From the NCBI RefSeq assembly GCF_009914755.1, contig NC_060930.1: a DNA stretch of 64,000 nt; one strand, written 5' to 3'. Positions 28,467 through 42,924 of the stretch are shown here, piece after piece. Made by a program: the position numbers and the translations under genes. This DNA comes from the human T2T-CHM13v2.0 reference genome, Homo sapiens. Under the pieces are notes generated by a model. It was not told where the DNA came from and searched no databases. It was given only the letters and a program-made list of their open reading frames with translations. Position 1 is the stretch's first letter, and each line of letters opens with the position of its first letter.

Positions 28467-31400
28467 ACAATGAAATGAAATTGAAAATCAAAAACAGAAG
28501 AAAATTTGAAAAATTCAAATATATGTGGAGACTAAATAACATACATCTGAAGGACCAATGATTTTCAAAGGAGAAACCACAAGGGAAATTGGAAAATACT
28601 TCTAGATGAATGTAAGTGAAAACACAGCATACCAAAACTAATGGGATACAATGAAAGCAGTGAAGAGAGGATTTATAACTGTAGACACCTACATTTTAAA
28701 AAGAAGAAATAACCCACATTTTCACATTAAGAAAAAAGAAAAAGAAGAGCAAGATGAACCAAAAGCAAGCAGAAAGAAGGAAGTAATAAATATTAGAGCT
28801 AAAGTAAATACAATAGAGAATAGAAAAATCATATAGAACCTCAATGAAACCAAAAGTTGTTTCTTTAAGGGCATCAACAAAATTGATTAACATTTAACTA
28901 GACTGATAACTACTTCAAGGGAGAGAAAGAGGGAGAGAGAAGACTCAAATTATGAAAATCAGGAAAGAAAGGGGGGACACTGGTAGCAAAGTTCCTCCTT
29001 AGTAAAAAGGATTTTAATGAAATATGGTAAATAATGGTATGCTGACAAGTTAGATTACCTAGATAAAATGACAAATTCTTAGACGACACAAACTACCAAC
29101 ACTGACTCAGGAAGAAATATAAAATCTGAATTCACCCATGACAAGTAAGGAGATTGAATCAGTTATCAAAAATTTTTTATTAAAGAAAAGCCCAGGACCA
29201 GATGGTTTTACTGGTGAGTTCTACCAAACACCCAAAGAAGAATTAGCACTAATCCTTCACAAACTCTTCTAATAAATAGAAGAGAAGGGAACATTTCCTA
29301 ACTCATTCTGTAAGACCACTATTACCCTGATACAAAAGCCAGACAAAAGCATCATAGGAAAAGAAAACTATAGACCAATATCTGTTATGAATCTTCAACA
29401 GCATGGTAGTAAACATAATCCAACAACATATAGAAAGGATTATATATCATGACCAAATGAAATTTATTCCAGGAATTCAAGATTGGTTCAACACACAAAA
29501 CTGAATCAATGTAATACAGCATATTATTGAATAAAGGAAAAAACTCCACATGATCATTTCACTAGATGCAGAAAAAGCATTTGACCCATATTCAACACCA
29601 TTTCATAACAAAAATACTCAACAAACTAGGGGTAGAAGGAAATTCCTCAAACTAGTAAAATGCATCTTTGAAAATCCCACAACAAACATCATGCTTACGG
29701 TGAATGACAGAAAGCCTTCCCCTTAAGATTAGGAAAGCCAAGGATACCTGCTCTTACCACTTATATTCAACAGAAAAAAGGCATCCAGATTGGAAAGGAA
29801 GAAGTAAATATATCTATTTGCAGATGGCATGATCTTATATGTGGAAAACCATAAAGAATCCACAAATAAGCTAGCAGAGCTAACAAACAAGCTCAGCAAG
29901 TTTGCAGGATACAAGCTCAATGTACAAAAGTGAGGGGTAATTATACATACCAGTAATGAGCAATCACATATATAAGCAATGAGTAATCTAAAAATAAAAT
30001 CAAGAAAACAATTACACTTAACAATAGCATAAAAAAATACTTAAGAGTAAATTTAACCAAAGAAGCATAAGACATTTACACTGGAAGCTACTGGATATTG
30101 CTGAAAGAAATTAAAGAAGACCTAAATAAATGGAAAGACATCTGGTATTCTTGCATTGGAAGCTTAATATTGTCAAGATGGCAATATCCCCCAAATTAAT
30201 TACAGATATAATGCAATCTCTAACAAAATTCCAACTTCCTTTTTTTCAGAAATAGATGAGCTGATCCTAAAATTTATGTGGAATTACAAGGAACCCAGAA
30301 TAATAAAAATAACCTTATTCTTGAAAAATAAGAACAAAATTGAAGGATGTACACTTTCTGATTTCAAACCCTACTTCAAAGAAATACTACTTCAAACAGT
30401 ATAATACTGATATAAATTTAGACAAATAAACCCATACATGTATGGTCAGCTGATTTTTGACAAGGATGATAAGACCATTCAATGAGAAAGAAATGGCCTT
30501 TTCAACAAATCGTGCTGGGACAACTTGATATCCACATGCAAAGTAATGAATTTGGACTGCCTTCCTCATGCTATATGCAAAAATTAACTCAAAATGGATC
30601 AAATACTTAAATATAAGAGGCAGAATTATAACATTTTTAGAAGAAAACGTAGGCATGAATCTTTATGACCTTTGACCAAGACAGTGGCTTCTTAGATATG
30701 ACACCATAAGCACAAGCAATGAAAGAAAAAACAAATAAACTGGACTTCACCAAAATTTAAAAAAGTTTGTGTATTAAAAGACACTATCAAAAACAGTGAA
30801 TAGACTACCCATAGTATGGGAGAAAATATTTGCCCATCATATATCTGAAAATAGTTAACTGTCCAGAATATAAGAAGAACTTTTATAACTCAACATTAAA
30901 AAAAAAAAGAAACTAAAAAATGAGCAAAGGATTTGAATATTCATTTTTCCAAAACAGATACATAAATGGCCAATAAGCAACTGAAAATATGTTCAACATC
31001 ATCAGTCGTTAGGAAAATGCAAATCAAAATGATGATGAGATAAAACTTCATAGCCACTAGGAGGCTTATATAAATTTTTTAAAGGAAGAAAGAAAGAAAA
31101 TAACAGTGTTGGTGAGGATGTGGATAAATTAGAATCCTCATACACTGCTGGTGAGACTGTAAAATGATTCTACCCCTAGGTCCACACCCACTGAAAAAAA
31201 ATATGTTCACACAAAAACTTGTACCTGAATGTTTATAGTAGCATTATTCATAATAACCAAAAAGTGGAAACAATCCCTATGTTTATCAACTGATGAGTAG
31301 ATGAAACAAATATAGTGTATCCATACAATAAAATATTATTCAGCCATAAAAAAGAATGGAGTATTGATACATACTACTACATGGATGAACCTTGAAAACA

Positions 31401-31700
31401 TTATGCTAAGTAAAAGAAACCAGTCACAAAAGACCACTTATTATTTCATGTCTATAAAAGGTCCCAAATGGGAAAATCCATAGTGACAGAACATAGATTC
31501 CTTGTTGCCAGGGGCTGGACGAGGCAAGAATGGAAAGTTACTGCTAAGGAGCATGGGATGCCCTTTGAGGATGATAAAAATGTTCTGGAATTAGACAGTG
31601 GTGGTGCTTGTACAACTTTGCAAATATACCATCAACCACTGAATTTTAAACTTTAAAATGATGAATTTTATGGTATGTGAATTATATCTCAATTTTTAAA
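28467..31700 (+). mobile_element. L1MB7-like, 5'-truncated (degenerate ORF2 plus 3'UTR)
   Basis: AGCCCAGGACCAGATGG, TTTGCAGATGGCATGATC; 3' end GTATGTGAATTATATCTCAATTTTTAAA. Confidence 0.9.
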
Positions 31701-31973
31701 GAGGGAAGAGGTAGACAGAGGAAGGGAGTAAGAAAAAGAGATGCCATAGAAGATGGAGAAAAGGGATCACAACTCAAGGCATGCAGGTGGCCTCTAGAAG
31801 CTGGCAAAGGCAAGAAAACAGATTTTCCCCTTGAGCCTCCAGAAAGGAAAACAGCCCTACTAGCACCTTGGACCTTGACTTTAGTCCATTGAGATCTTTG
31901 TCAAACTTTTGACCTACAGAACTATACTCATGTTTGTGGTAATTTGTTATAGCAGCAGTAGAAAACTAATACA
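31701..31973 (+). mobile_element. MLT1D-like LTR, 3' half
   Basis: CCTCTAGAAGCTGGCAAAGGCAAGAAAACAGATT; end GAAAACTAATACA. Confidence 0.85.
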
Positions 31974-31974
31974 G

Positions 31975-33060
31975 TATTTTTGACATGTGTAAGTGGAAAT
32001 GTCCAGTATGAAATTTCATATGTAAGTCTAGAGTTCAGAAGAGAGATTTGGGCTAGACATATAATAGCAATTTCTAGGTGCTATTTCAATACATTTGTAT
32101 TCAATACATATGTATGAAAGAATTAATCCACTGAATATCTGCAGGTATCTGAGGTTAATTATTACCTATTATTTACATTTTTAATATCAAGGCACAGAGA
32201 GTTTCAATAACTTCCTTGAGGCATGCGACTATTAAGTGGTAGAGCTATGACTCAAATGTGGGGAGTCTGGCTTCAGAGTTGGGTCACTTCTCACAAATAA
32301 ATAGATTTGTGAATTATCATGTAGGTTATAATTGAAGCTATCTGAGAAACACCTATTAGTAACATGGAACACATCAGTCACATTTGCAAGAGCTCTTTTG
32401 GTGGAGTGTGAGGCAGAGGCCAGATTGGGTTGATGAGTGAATGAGGGTTCAGAAAGTGGAGATGCGAGTGTAGACAAGTTTTCTGGAAAATATGTCTGTG
32501 AAGAGGGAAAGAGAGATAGCATCATATCAGCAGGAGAATGGGAGTTGAGAAGGGTAGTTTTTCAATGAAAGTCTTGATGATGTGTTAAAAACTGTTCAGA
32601 AATTCTGATGGAGGGGGGTGAGTCTGTAAAAGTGAGAAAGAATAGTTATTCCTGTTTAAGAATTCTGAGAAGAAAAGAGGAGGGGGATATAGGACACTGG
32701 AATGATTGGCCTTAGATAGGAAAGGGACAGTTCCTTTATTATATCTGAATGGAGTGAAAGGGATGGGTGTAAGCTGATATATTTGGTTTTAAGAAGTTGA
32801 GGAAATTTCTGAGGGCTTCTGTATTTTATTCTCTCATACGAAGTAGGAGTCAAGGTCGCCCTCTGAGCGTGGGGGAGGTGGTAAAAATGTAGGCGAAGTC
32901 AGTGGCTGTGACAGTGGCACCGCAGCAGAGAATCAGCAGTTTGAGAAGAGTGAAGAAGACTTGAATAATCATTTTGGAGAACAGGAGATTAAGTTACCCA
33001 GAGAAACATCGTCATATTTTTGTCAGCCTCAAGGGCTCATTTAAGGATTTATTTGATTTG
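31975..33060 (-). mobile_element. L2 fragments with a MIR at about 32150-32310
   Basis: GAGTTCAGAAGAGAGATTTGGGCTAGA, GAAAGTGGAGATGCGAGTGTAGACAA; MIR GGCACAGAGAG...TGACTCAAATG. Confidence 0.65.
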
Positions 33061-33939
33061 CTACCATCCTCTTAAGTTGTTCACAAATTACTACACGTCT
33101 TAGATTTCTCCTCACTCCCAACAGTATTGTAAAATTCTTCTTCGAATTTCATCTCAATGTCTAGGATAGTGTTGAGAAATATTTAGGAAATATTTTTGGA
33201 TTAATTAGGGTATTCGATTAATCTGAATACTTCGGTTCCCAACATTTCTAGATAAAGGAAGTTTACTGTAACATGTTTATAAAAGGCAAATAAGCTAGAC
33301 ATCTCCTTTCAAATAAGATTTCAATAGAAATCTTCCATTTTTTTAAAAAAAGGTCGGCTATACAATATCTGTTTTAAAATTAACAAAAAAATTACAAAAA
33401 GACCTTATCCCACAAAAGCGAGAGAAAAAAAGTTTGAACCCTCTCATTTTTATTTTGAGGTTAATAAACTTCATTTTATAAATTTATAGATCCATTACTA
33501 GTGGAATAAACATTCACATGGGTGTGTTGAGTAGTGAGAACGTGAGCTCTTTTTTGAGGAAGCAGACGGTGAAATGAGACACGAGGGATGGCTCTGGGCA
33601 GAGATAAGGGAACTCCTGCCAAACTCCTTTCCTGCTTGTTACTGTCCACAGATATGTGTGTGGTTGCAATCGAGCTTCTTTGAGGCCCTGTTCCATGCCG
33701 GAGGCTGATAAAAAAAATGTGACCATTTAGTTACAAATGGAAATCTCACAGCATGTGAAGCATAGCAACCAAGAGAGTCCCAAGGAGATTACCCAGCAAC
33801 AATCAGAAAGTTAAAAACAAAGCAACACAGTAACCAAAACATAACCCAAACTATAGAGCCAAGGAAAGCAGGAAACACTCTAGGCAGAGCAGAGATGCTC
33901 TGTGTCAGGTTCAATTCAACAGTGTCACAAGATTTGTAC

Positions 33940-34900
<961 letters not shown>

Positions 34901-35723
34901 CCAGCAACTTTTCCACTTGAATAGCACACTTTGACACAAGCTTCAAGCAGCTAGTCTAGTAGGCTCTAGTTCAACTCTAAACTCTTTTTCGTCATTTAAA
35001 TAAGATCTACTTTCAAGCCCTGAGAAGCCAGGAAAGAGAGTATGAAGTGAACTGACACTTGAGTAGTTATCAGGTCCTGGTCTTTTACATACATTATTTC
35101 ATTTAATACCCACAAAACCATTTAAAGAAGTTATCATTTTTTAGTTTAAGATTCAAAGGAATGATAAAAGTGAGGTGTAAGTTGTAGCATTGCTTACTAA
35201 CCTCAACTGTTACCACTTTGTTTTGATTTTATAGCCTCAGGAAGACTTAACATTTATCTTATGTTATCTTTACCTTATGCTTATGAGTCTTCCAGGTTTT
35301 GAAAAGTCTTGGGCCATTGGCTATCTGTGACCTATCGGAATACCTCTTTTAGGGTCACTCCCACCTTCTCTTGCAAGTTGCATTACAGGAGCATCACCTG
35401 CATCAGAGCTTCCTGTGTCGGCGCTCCTGGCTCATCACTTAGCTGATCCCCCTTCTGCAATTCTTAGGGGATCTTCAAACTTCAACATCTATTCTTTTTT
35501 GTTTTCTTTGGTTATCAACTTAAAAGATCACATCGCATCTCCCTAAAACCTATATCCAATCCTATGATGATTTTCTTCCAACTGGAAAAATGTACTCTGA
35601 GCAACTAATTTAAATCATTCACCTGCCACTCATATTTCCATTTCATATAAACTGCTATTTATGAATTTCAGAAAAATTGAGTGTTATCAATTCCATGAGG
35701 GCTTTGGGTGATCACTTGAGCTT

Positions 35724-36100
35724 TATTATGCACTGAATGTTTGTGTTCCCCCAAAATTCATATGTTAACACCCTGCTTCCCAAATATGATGGTATTAGGA
35801 GTTGGGGCCTTTGGGAGGTAATTAGGATTAGATGAGGTTATAAGGGTAGGGACCCTATGAATGAGATTACTGCCCTTATCAGGGTCCTGAAAGAGCTTGC
35901 CTCCCCTCTCTGCTCTTCAGTATGTGAGGATAAAACAAGAAACTTGGCAGTCTGCAACTTGGAAGAGGATCTGCACCAAAGCCGGACCATGCTGGCATCC
36001 TGATCTCAGACCTCCTGCCTCCAGAACTGTGAGAAATAAGTTTCTGTTATTTATAAGCCATCTATTCTATGATGCTTTTTTATAGCAGCCTGACAAACAC
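35724..36100 (+). mobile_element. MLT1A/A0 LTR
   Basis: CTGAATGTTTGTGTTCCCCCAAAATTCATATGTT...CCAGAACTGTGAGAAATAA. Confidence 0.9.
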
Positions 36101-37729
36101 CAGGTTCTTGGAGGAAGTGATGGGAATATGGACTCTTGATGCTTTTCTTTAATTTAATGTTTATGTAGTTTTTTGTATTTTAAAATTTATATGATTTACA
36201 TATTAGTGAGGTCAGTCTACTATTTTAATGTCTAGGAGATGTATTAACTTGTATAAACAGGACCCCAAAATGGTATAGATTAATTGAAGAACCTTTTTAA
36301 AGCAATCTATCATTTTAAGGGTACATCTCTGAGAATCTGATTTTTTATAGCATTGTTTTTGAAATAAGAAACTCTCAAGAACTTGTCCTCTTAGCCCACA
36401 TGTGGACAGCTCCAGGCAGTTTAATCAGGTCTCTGTGTTGCTGAACAATGTACCTTATACAAAATCACATCTGGGGCTAAACCTCAACTCATTTCAATTT
36501 CTCAAGCAACATGTGAACAAAACAATATTTACTTTAAATATCACAAGCTGTATGTTCATGTTGACATATAATATTAAGATTAAATCACATAGCCTAAATG
36601 CCTACTTTTTATTTGGTTTAAAAGTTCATTTAATTACTATCTTATTTCCTAGAGGCTTAGACTCTTAAACCAGAAAGCCTTTTCTACGTTACACTGTAAA
36701 ATCAAGCTATTGGATTTAAAAAGTTCACCAAACATGAACAGAAAGCTAACACCACTTTTAAATGATTCTGGAGTAGCATTAAAAAACCCTCAATTTGGAA
36801 GGTCATTGAATTCAAATCCAATCTCTTTATGCTTAAAGAGCCTATAAAATAGCTCTTCAGGCATAAAGGTATAATGATTAATGTAAATATTCCTTATACT
36901 TAAAAAATTTTGACTTTACCTTCAATCCATTTGTCTTAACCATAACTTCTGGCTCCATTATAAACATATTTAATTCACTTCTAATTGACAATTCTTTTTA
37001 TTTTTTAAGGGAAACTTGTATATCCCTCCTAAGGTTAGCTTTGTTGTATGATTTTGATGTGCATGGCTACTTTGGGGTGAGACAGGGAACAACCAATATC
37101 TTGCCATTCCCATTTTTCTAGACATTGGTATTGAATCTAGAAAGAAAGAAATGAAAGGACTGAAATGTCTGCAAAAAATTCCAAAGTAGAAGTTTTAAGG
37201 AATTTTTTTTAAATAAAGTCAGATAAAAATGAACTGGAAAAAATGTATAATTGCTGTGCAAATGGTCATTTTTTGGAAATAAGACAAACTTTCTCCATCA
37301 GAAGGAGGAAATGGTTGCATATGGGCTAATAGTTTTGTAGGAAAACTGGCGATTATTACAAGGACAGAACTGCAAAAGTGTAATATCTAGTTTTAGTCTA
37401 GAAAGTAATTGGGCTAAGTGAAGCTCAATTCTCTGATGGATTGCAACCTATCTGAGAATATGGCCTCTGTAATACTTTGGGAATGGAATTTTGTGCCAGA
37501 ATTTAAAAACCTTAGTAAATTGCCAGAATTGAGAGAGAAAGAAGGCTTGGTGTTGGGTACTGTTAGTTGAAAGTTGTCAAGGAAGAAACACAACCAGGTG
37601 AAATAAGGAAAGATTTCAAAGGCATAAAAGGAGTAACAGGGAGGGCAAACCTTGACTTTCTTATCCATCACCTTATTGAAGGGTGGTCTAGTTAGATAAT
37701 GCTAGAAGAGCTGAAAGTGACCTCGAGAA

Positions 37730-37835
37730 CCTCTGCTTCTACCACTTCATTTTTAGATGACAAAATTGAGCCTCGAGAAAAGCTACTTGGTGGTAGACCT
37801 GGGATTCGAACCAAGAAACTCTGTTCTCAGTCTTT
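37730..37835 (-). mobile_element. MIR fragment
   Basis: CATTTTTAGATGACAAAATTGAG...GGGATTCGAACC. Confidence 0.55.
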
Positions 37836-37943
37836 GGGAAAAAATTATTTTATTTAACATCACCTAACATGTTCTCATTAGTTATTGCTAAGGTATTATA
37901 ATAAAAACAATGCTGTGGTTGCATGTAAATGTATACAAATGAA

Positions 37944-37966
37944 CATCATCATCATCATCATCATCA
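37944..37966 (+). repeat. (CAT)n microsatellite
   Basis: Read directly. Confidence 0.9.
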
Positions 37967-38699
37967 CTATTTTTCTGAGCATTTGGAAAGAAAACTGTTG
38001 CATTTGTCTTAGATAAAAGACTCAGATAATTCCCTAGAAGCCTGAGGACAAGATTCTAGATCAATCCTCTAAACTAGGTTGATTCCTCATCCACTTTCTG
38101 ACCTCCTACTTTCTTGGTGAGAAATGATTATTGACCCTCCTCAATGAGGGTGTAATGATAGAGCATAGTATTTTGTCCCCTATTGGATGTTGCATGGAGA
38201 GTTGGGCTGAAATTCTTCTGTGCAAGTGAGAAGCCATAAAGGGAAGAAAGGGTCAGACACTTCCAAATCTTTGGATTTTCTTAGTTCCTCTTTTGTAAGC
38301 CTCCATTGTTGTGTGTAGTCAGCAGGGTCCCAGAGGCAGACCACCACGGACCATCTTGGCAGTACTTGTCAGCAGCAGTGTCCAGCTCCCAGGGACTAAC
38401 TCAGTTAGTGGTAGCTCTTGTTCCTAGTGACAGAGCCTTCCTGGGGCTGCTCCAGTAGCAGCCAGAGCTCCTAAGGAGAAGCAGCTCTGCCAGTCTTCCA
38501 AGTCCCAAGCTCCATCTCCTTCAGCAACAACACAGGTCTCCATTATTCTTTCTGAAGATACCCTTTGTCCCAGTTCCTACTGAATCCAGCAGTGTTTTTC
38601 AATCTGTGTGTTTCAGATGCCTGAGAAGTCACCAAATTACTGCAAGAACAAGTGAATTAATATTTACATAAAGTATGTATGTTAATAAGCTGAATAAAT

Positions 38700-38940
38700 G
38701 TTAATAGTTACTGTACTTATACTCTGTACTGTACTAAGCCCTTTGCACACATTATCTCATTTAATCCTCATAAAAATGCTATGAGGTAGGTGTAATTATG
38801 ACCCCCATTTTACAGGTGAGGCAACTCAGTCTCAGAGAGGTTAAGCAAATTGCTGAAGATCATGAGACCAGGAAATGGATAAACTGGTCTTCAAATCCAG
38901 GTCATTTAATCTCAAAGTCTACAATCTTAATCATAACATA
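38700..38940 (-). mobile_element. Near full-length MIR
   Basis: CATTATCTCATTTAATCCTCA...CCCATTTTACAGGTGAGGCAACT...AGAGAGGTTAAG. Confidence 0.9.
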
Positions 38941-40271
38941 AGTATGTCTCTTACATATGTGTATTACTTTTTTACAAATGTTTTTGTGTTTTGATTTAAA
39001 AGTTATAGATGAAAAGTATTATGTAATTTGTAGTAGATTTTTAAATCTTTGTTTATTTTCACTATTTTCTACACTGAAAGTACCTCAACTGCCATATGAT
39101 TGGTACATGACACAGTCTTTTTAAAGAGCTCTTTCAAGGATTTTTACTCAAGGCCTTTAAAAAATATAGTAGAGAAAAATGACTTTGTAAGTCAATGGAA
39201 CATCATATTTGTACCTGACCTCTTAGCAGCATTCTGTTGTTCCTTAAGCAGGGGACCCTATCACTGATTGATCCCTTGAGTCAAATAAGCAATGAGGCAC
39301 CTCTCAAGACTTTGAGTTACATTCAAATCATCAATTCTGACACAAAAAATTGGAATAGACAAAACATGGTGAAATGAACTTAATTGACTAGCTATTTCAT
39401 TCATTTATTCACCCATTCAATACATTTTATTGTCTCCTACCAGGCATTGAGTTAGGAACTAAAGATGCAGCCTTCCAAGCAAGAAGTGGTGTTTGTCAAT
39501 TGCAAGAAAATGTGACACCTGACTAGTTACTTTGCCTGTAAAAACTCTTTTATTCTTTGTTTTTAATATTTATATTCTACATACCCTCACCCTCTAAAAA
39601 TTTACTTAGCAAATGCAAAACTTAGGAAATATAGGCCAATTAGAGTTTCGCTCTAAAAAATAATCAGGTCCTACTTGGTCTGCTCCCCAGGGCTCTGAAA
39701 CATCACTACCCATGGGTCACTCTACAGGGACCCTAGTTACCATGGCTGCTAGCTAAATCTTTGAATCCAGTTTTGTGCTTTACTGTGTGGGGGCTCTGCT
39801 TGGACACAAAGGAAGGATTACAGAGAAATTTCTCAAAAAGCCTTTAGTTCGTCTTTTGATTCTAAAGAAAAACTATGACTGATAGATTTTTGGGAAATGG
39901 CATTTCAAATCTTTAGGTTAGAATCAGAAGACAGGTTAGACAGGAGGAATTTAGGGGGCTTTTGCGTACTTGGAAATCAGCATCAAGACAGCCTTGCTGC
40001 TAGCCTCAGGAATAAGGCCTACTTCTAAAAATTGGGTTTGGCCATGGCCTCTGGGCCTGAACCCTTCTTAACCTCAGTCTTTCTTTTTTTTCCTAACATG
40101 TCAGCAGTGCTGAAGCCTTGCTAACTGCTGGCAGACTTTTCTAGTGCTGTCTGCTTGTAGCCTGTCCTGGATCCCCCATAATTGGGCACTGCCTACTTGG
40201 TCATGTAGTGGTGAATACTCTTTTTTGGCTTACCTTTCACGTGGATGTTGCCCTGCCTATTGATAACCATT

Positions 40272-40410
40272 TTTCATTCATTCAACAAATATTTATTGCA
40301 TGCCAGGCATTGTTCTGGGACCTGGAAATATAACAGTGAATAAAATAGACAAAACCAACAACAATGACAACAAAAACCCCTTGCCTTCATGAAGCTTCAC
40401 ATTCTAATAG
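40272..40410 (-). mobile_element. L2 3' end
   Basis: TTCATTCATTCAACAAATATTTATTG...CCAGGCATTGTTCT. Confidence 0.85.
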
Positions 40411-41240
40411 ATAGTGAAGTCTGATGAGCTGGCTTGCTTCCTCATCAGCCACAGCTGGATACTTTCCCCTATAACTGCACATTCTGTTTCCAGGTCCTAA
40501 TTCTCTATAGTCTGTGGTCCCACTGCAGCGAAGGAAACTGTCCTCTTACAGGATAAAGAGTGTTATATGAAGAAAGGAAACAGGACCAAAAGCAAGTAAA
40601 TAGGGGTGGCATAAACTTAGAGATAGAAATATGTTCAGGTTTGCAAAAATTCGAGGAACAATAAATAAAACTTTTAAAGTGTATTTAACAAAGAGAAACA
40701 AAGATGCAGCAGCCTACTGGGTGTAGTTTAGTCAGCAGTGATCTATTACTGAAAGATTACTTAGAAAAAACCAAGCTCCTCAACCTCAGTTTTACTTGTG
40801 TCTTTTTGCAGAGGAGAGTAGGGAGAGGAGTAGGAGGGAAGGAGAGACTCCTTAGCAAGAGAAAGAGAAGCCCAAAGTGGGAGAACATAATTATATTCTA
40901 AATAGTTTCCCAACTCTGATAACTTGCATCCCAGTGTTCTGTGGAAGATGTTCAAATTGCATTGCTGATCTAATCTGGAAAGAATGTAGAACTGTAAAGG
41001 GTGGTAGAAGTGGCAGGAAACTGGGCATGGTTAAATACTGTTCCCATTTTGAAGAAGTGGGAGATTTTGCATAATAAACATCAGTGACTAGATGTTGGAT
41101 ATTTAAAGGTATATAAACTATTTATTGATAGACAAGGCTTATAGATTTATTTCTTCTGGGACACAAACATGATGTGGCCATAGAGGCCAGTGGCCTCAAT
41201 ATGCTTAGTCTTGGACATGAAAGCTGAAGTATCATGTCTT

Positions 41241-41525
41241 GGCTGGATGCAGTCATTCATGCCTGTAATCCCAGCACTTTGGGGGGCCAAGGTGGGAGGA
41301 TCGCTTGAACCCAGGAGTTCAAGACCTGTCTAGGCAACATGGTAAAACCCTGTTTCTACAAAAAAATACAAAAATTAGCCAGGCATAATGACACACACTT
41401 GTAGTCCCAGCTACTCAGGAGGATGAGGAGGGAGGTTTGTTTGAGTCCTAGGAGTTGTAGCCTGTAGCAAGCTATGATCCCACCACTGCAATACAGCCTG
41501 GACAATAGTGAGATCCTATGTCTTG
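41241..41525 (+). mobile_element. AluJ
   Basis: GGAGGATCGCTTGAACCCAGGAGTTC, J-type right arm. Confidence 0.93.
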
Positions 41526-41533
41526 AAGAAGGA

Positions 41534-41600
<67 letters not shown>

Positions 41601-41767
41601 GAAGAGAGAAAGAAAGAAATGTAGGAAGGAAGGAAAGAAAGAAAGAAGGAAGGAAGGAAGGAAAGAAAGAAAGAAAGAAAGAGAAGGAGAGAAAGAGAGA
41701 AAGAGAAAAAGGGAGAGAGAGAGATAGAGAAAGAAGAAAAAAAAAGAAGAAAAGAAAGAAAGAAAAA
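41526..41767 (+). repeat. Alu-tail-derived polypurine microsatellite (GAAA)n/(GGAA)n/(GA)n
   Basis: About 240 nt almost purely A/G. Confidence 0.95.
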
Positions 41768-42092
41768 GTGGCATGGTCTCTGGTGGGGAAGAATCTTCTT
41801 TATTTGCTGCAGATCTTCACAGAGCTTGTTGTCCAGACCTTTGGCCAGGACTCAGCTGTAATTTCCATCCTTCACGTCCTTCTGTCTGTTTAAGAACCAA
41901 TCTGGGATCTTGTACTGGCCTGGGTTTGGCATGATGATGATCACACATATCACTTCATGCTCAGTGAATCCTCTAACCTCTTGATGAGGTCAATCTCTGT
42001 TTTCCCCAACAACACATGAGCATGTTTTCATCTCACACTCTTAATGGTACTGATGGTAAATTTCTGCCATCCATTGATGTTGGCGTTGAGTG

Positions 42093-42450
42093 CAGTCGTC
42101 CCTTGGTATGCACAGTGTATTGGTTTCAGAACTCCCAGAGGATACCAAAATCCTTGGATGCTCAAGTCCCTTATATAAAATGGTGTAGTATTTGTATATA
42201 ACCTATGCACATATTCTCATATACTTTAAATCATCTCCTGATTACTTGTAATATCTAATACAACATAAATGCTATGCAAATAATTGTTACACTCTATTAT
42301 TTAGGAAATAATGACAAGAAAAAATGTCTGTGCATGTTCAGTAAACACAACCATCCATTTTTACCAGGTATTTTTTAATGCAAGGTTGGTTGAATCCTCA
42401 GATGTCGAGCCCATGGATACTCTCCACAGCCAGAGAGAGAGTACTGACTG
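42093..42450. mobile_element. MER2 (TcMar-Tigger MITE)
   Basis: CAGTCGTCCCTTGGTAT...GGATACCAAAATCC...GACTG termini. Confidence 0.9.
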
Positions 42451-42568
42451 CACTTGCAAAAATTGCTGGAGTATAGCAGGGATTATGAGAGATATGGTAG
42501 TAGCATGTAGACCTCCTGTGGGAGAGAAATAGTGGATTTTTTAAAAGTTTGTTTGGAAGCTTCTAGAT

Positions 42569-42778
42569 TAGGATTGGGCAAACTATGGCCCACAGGCCAA
42601 ATGCAACCCATTGCTTATTCTTGTTAATAAAGTTACATTCCAAGGAAGCCATGCCAATTTATTTATGCATTGTCTATGTCTGCTTTCATGCCACAATAGC
42701 AGAGTTGAGAAGATTATCATATGGCCTACAAAATTCTAAATATTTACTTCTTATGTATTGCTTTATAGAAAACTTTGA
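42569..42778. mobile_element. MER58A hAT-Charlie
   Basis: GGCAAACTATGGCCCACAGGCCAAAT; TSD-like TTCTAGAT/TTCTAGGT. Confidence 0.85.
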
Positions 42779-42924
42779 TTCTAGGTAGAAAAAGCACTGG
42801 GCACTAGGACTTGAGTTTGCTAGGAACAGTTACGTCCAATGAAACAATAATTTCTTTTTGGTCAGACTTTCCAGACAGAACAGGGAAATGTTATTCACAC
42901 TGAGCATCTGGTCTTCACTAAAAA

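Noticed and set aside
36915-36985. Possible minus-strand exon with an AAG|GTAAAG donor
   Set aside because: No pyrimidine tract at the acceptor and no recognisable peptide
38150-38640. GC-richer segment resembling an old LTR or exon
   Set aside because: Could not assign a family, termini, ORF or splice pair with confidence
41472-41893. K/E/R-rich and F/L/S-rich ORFs
   Set aside because: Translations of the GAAA microsatellite
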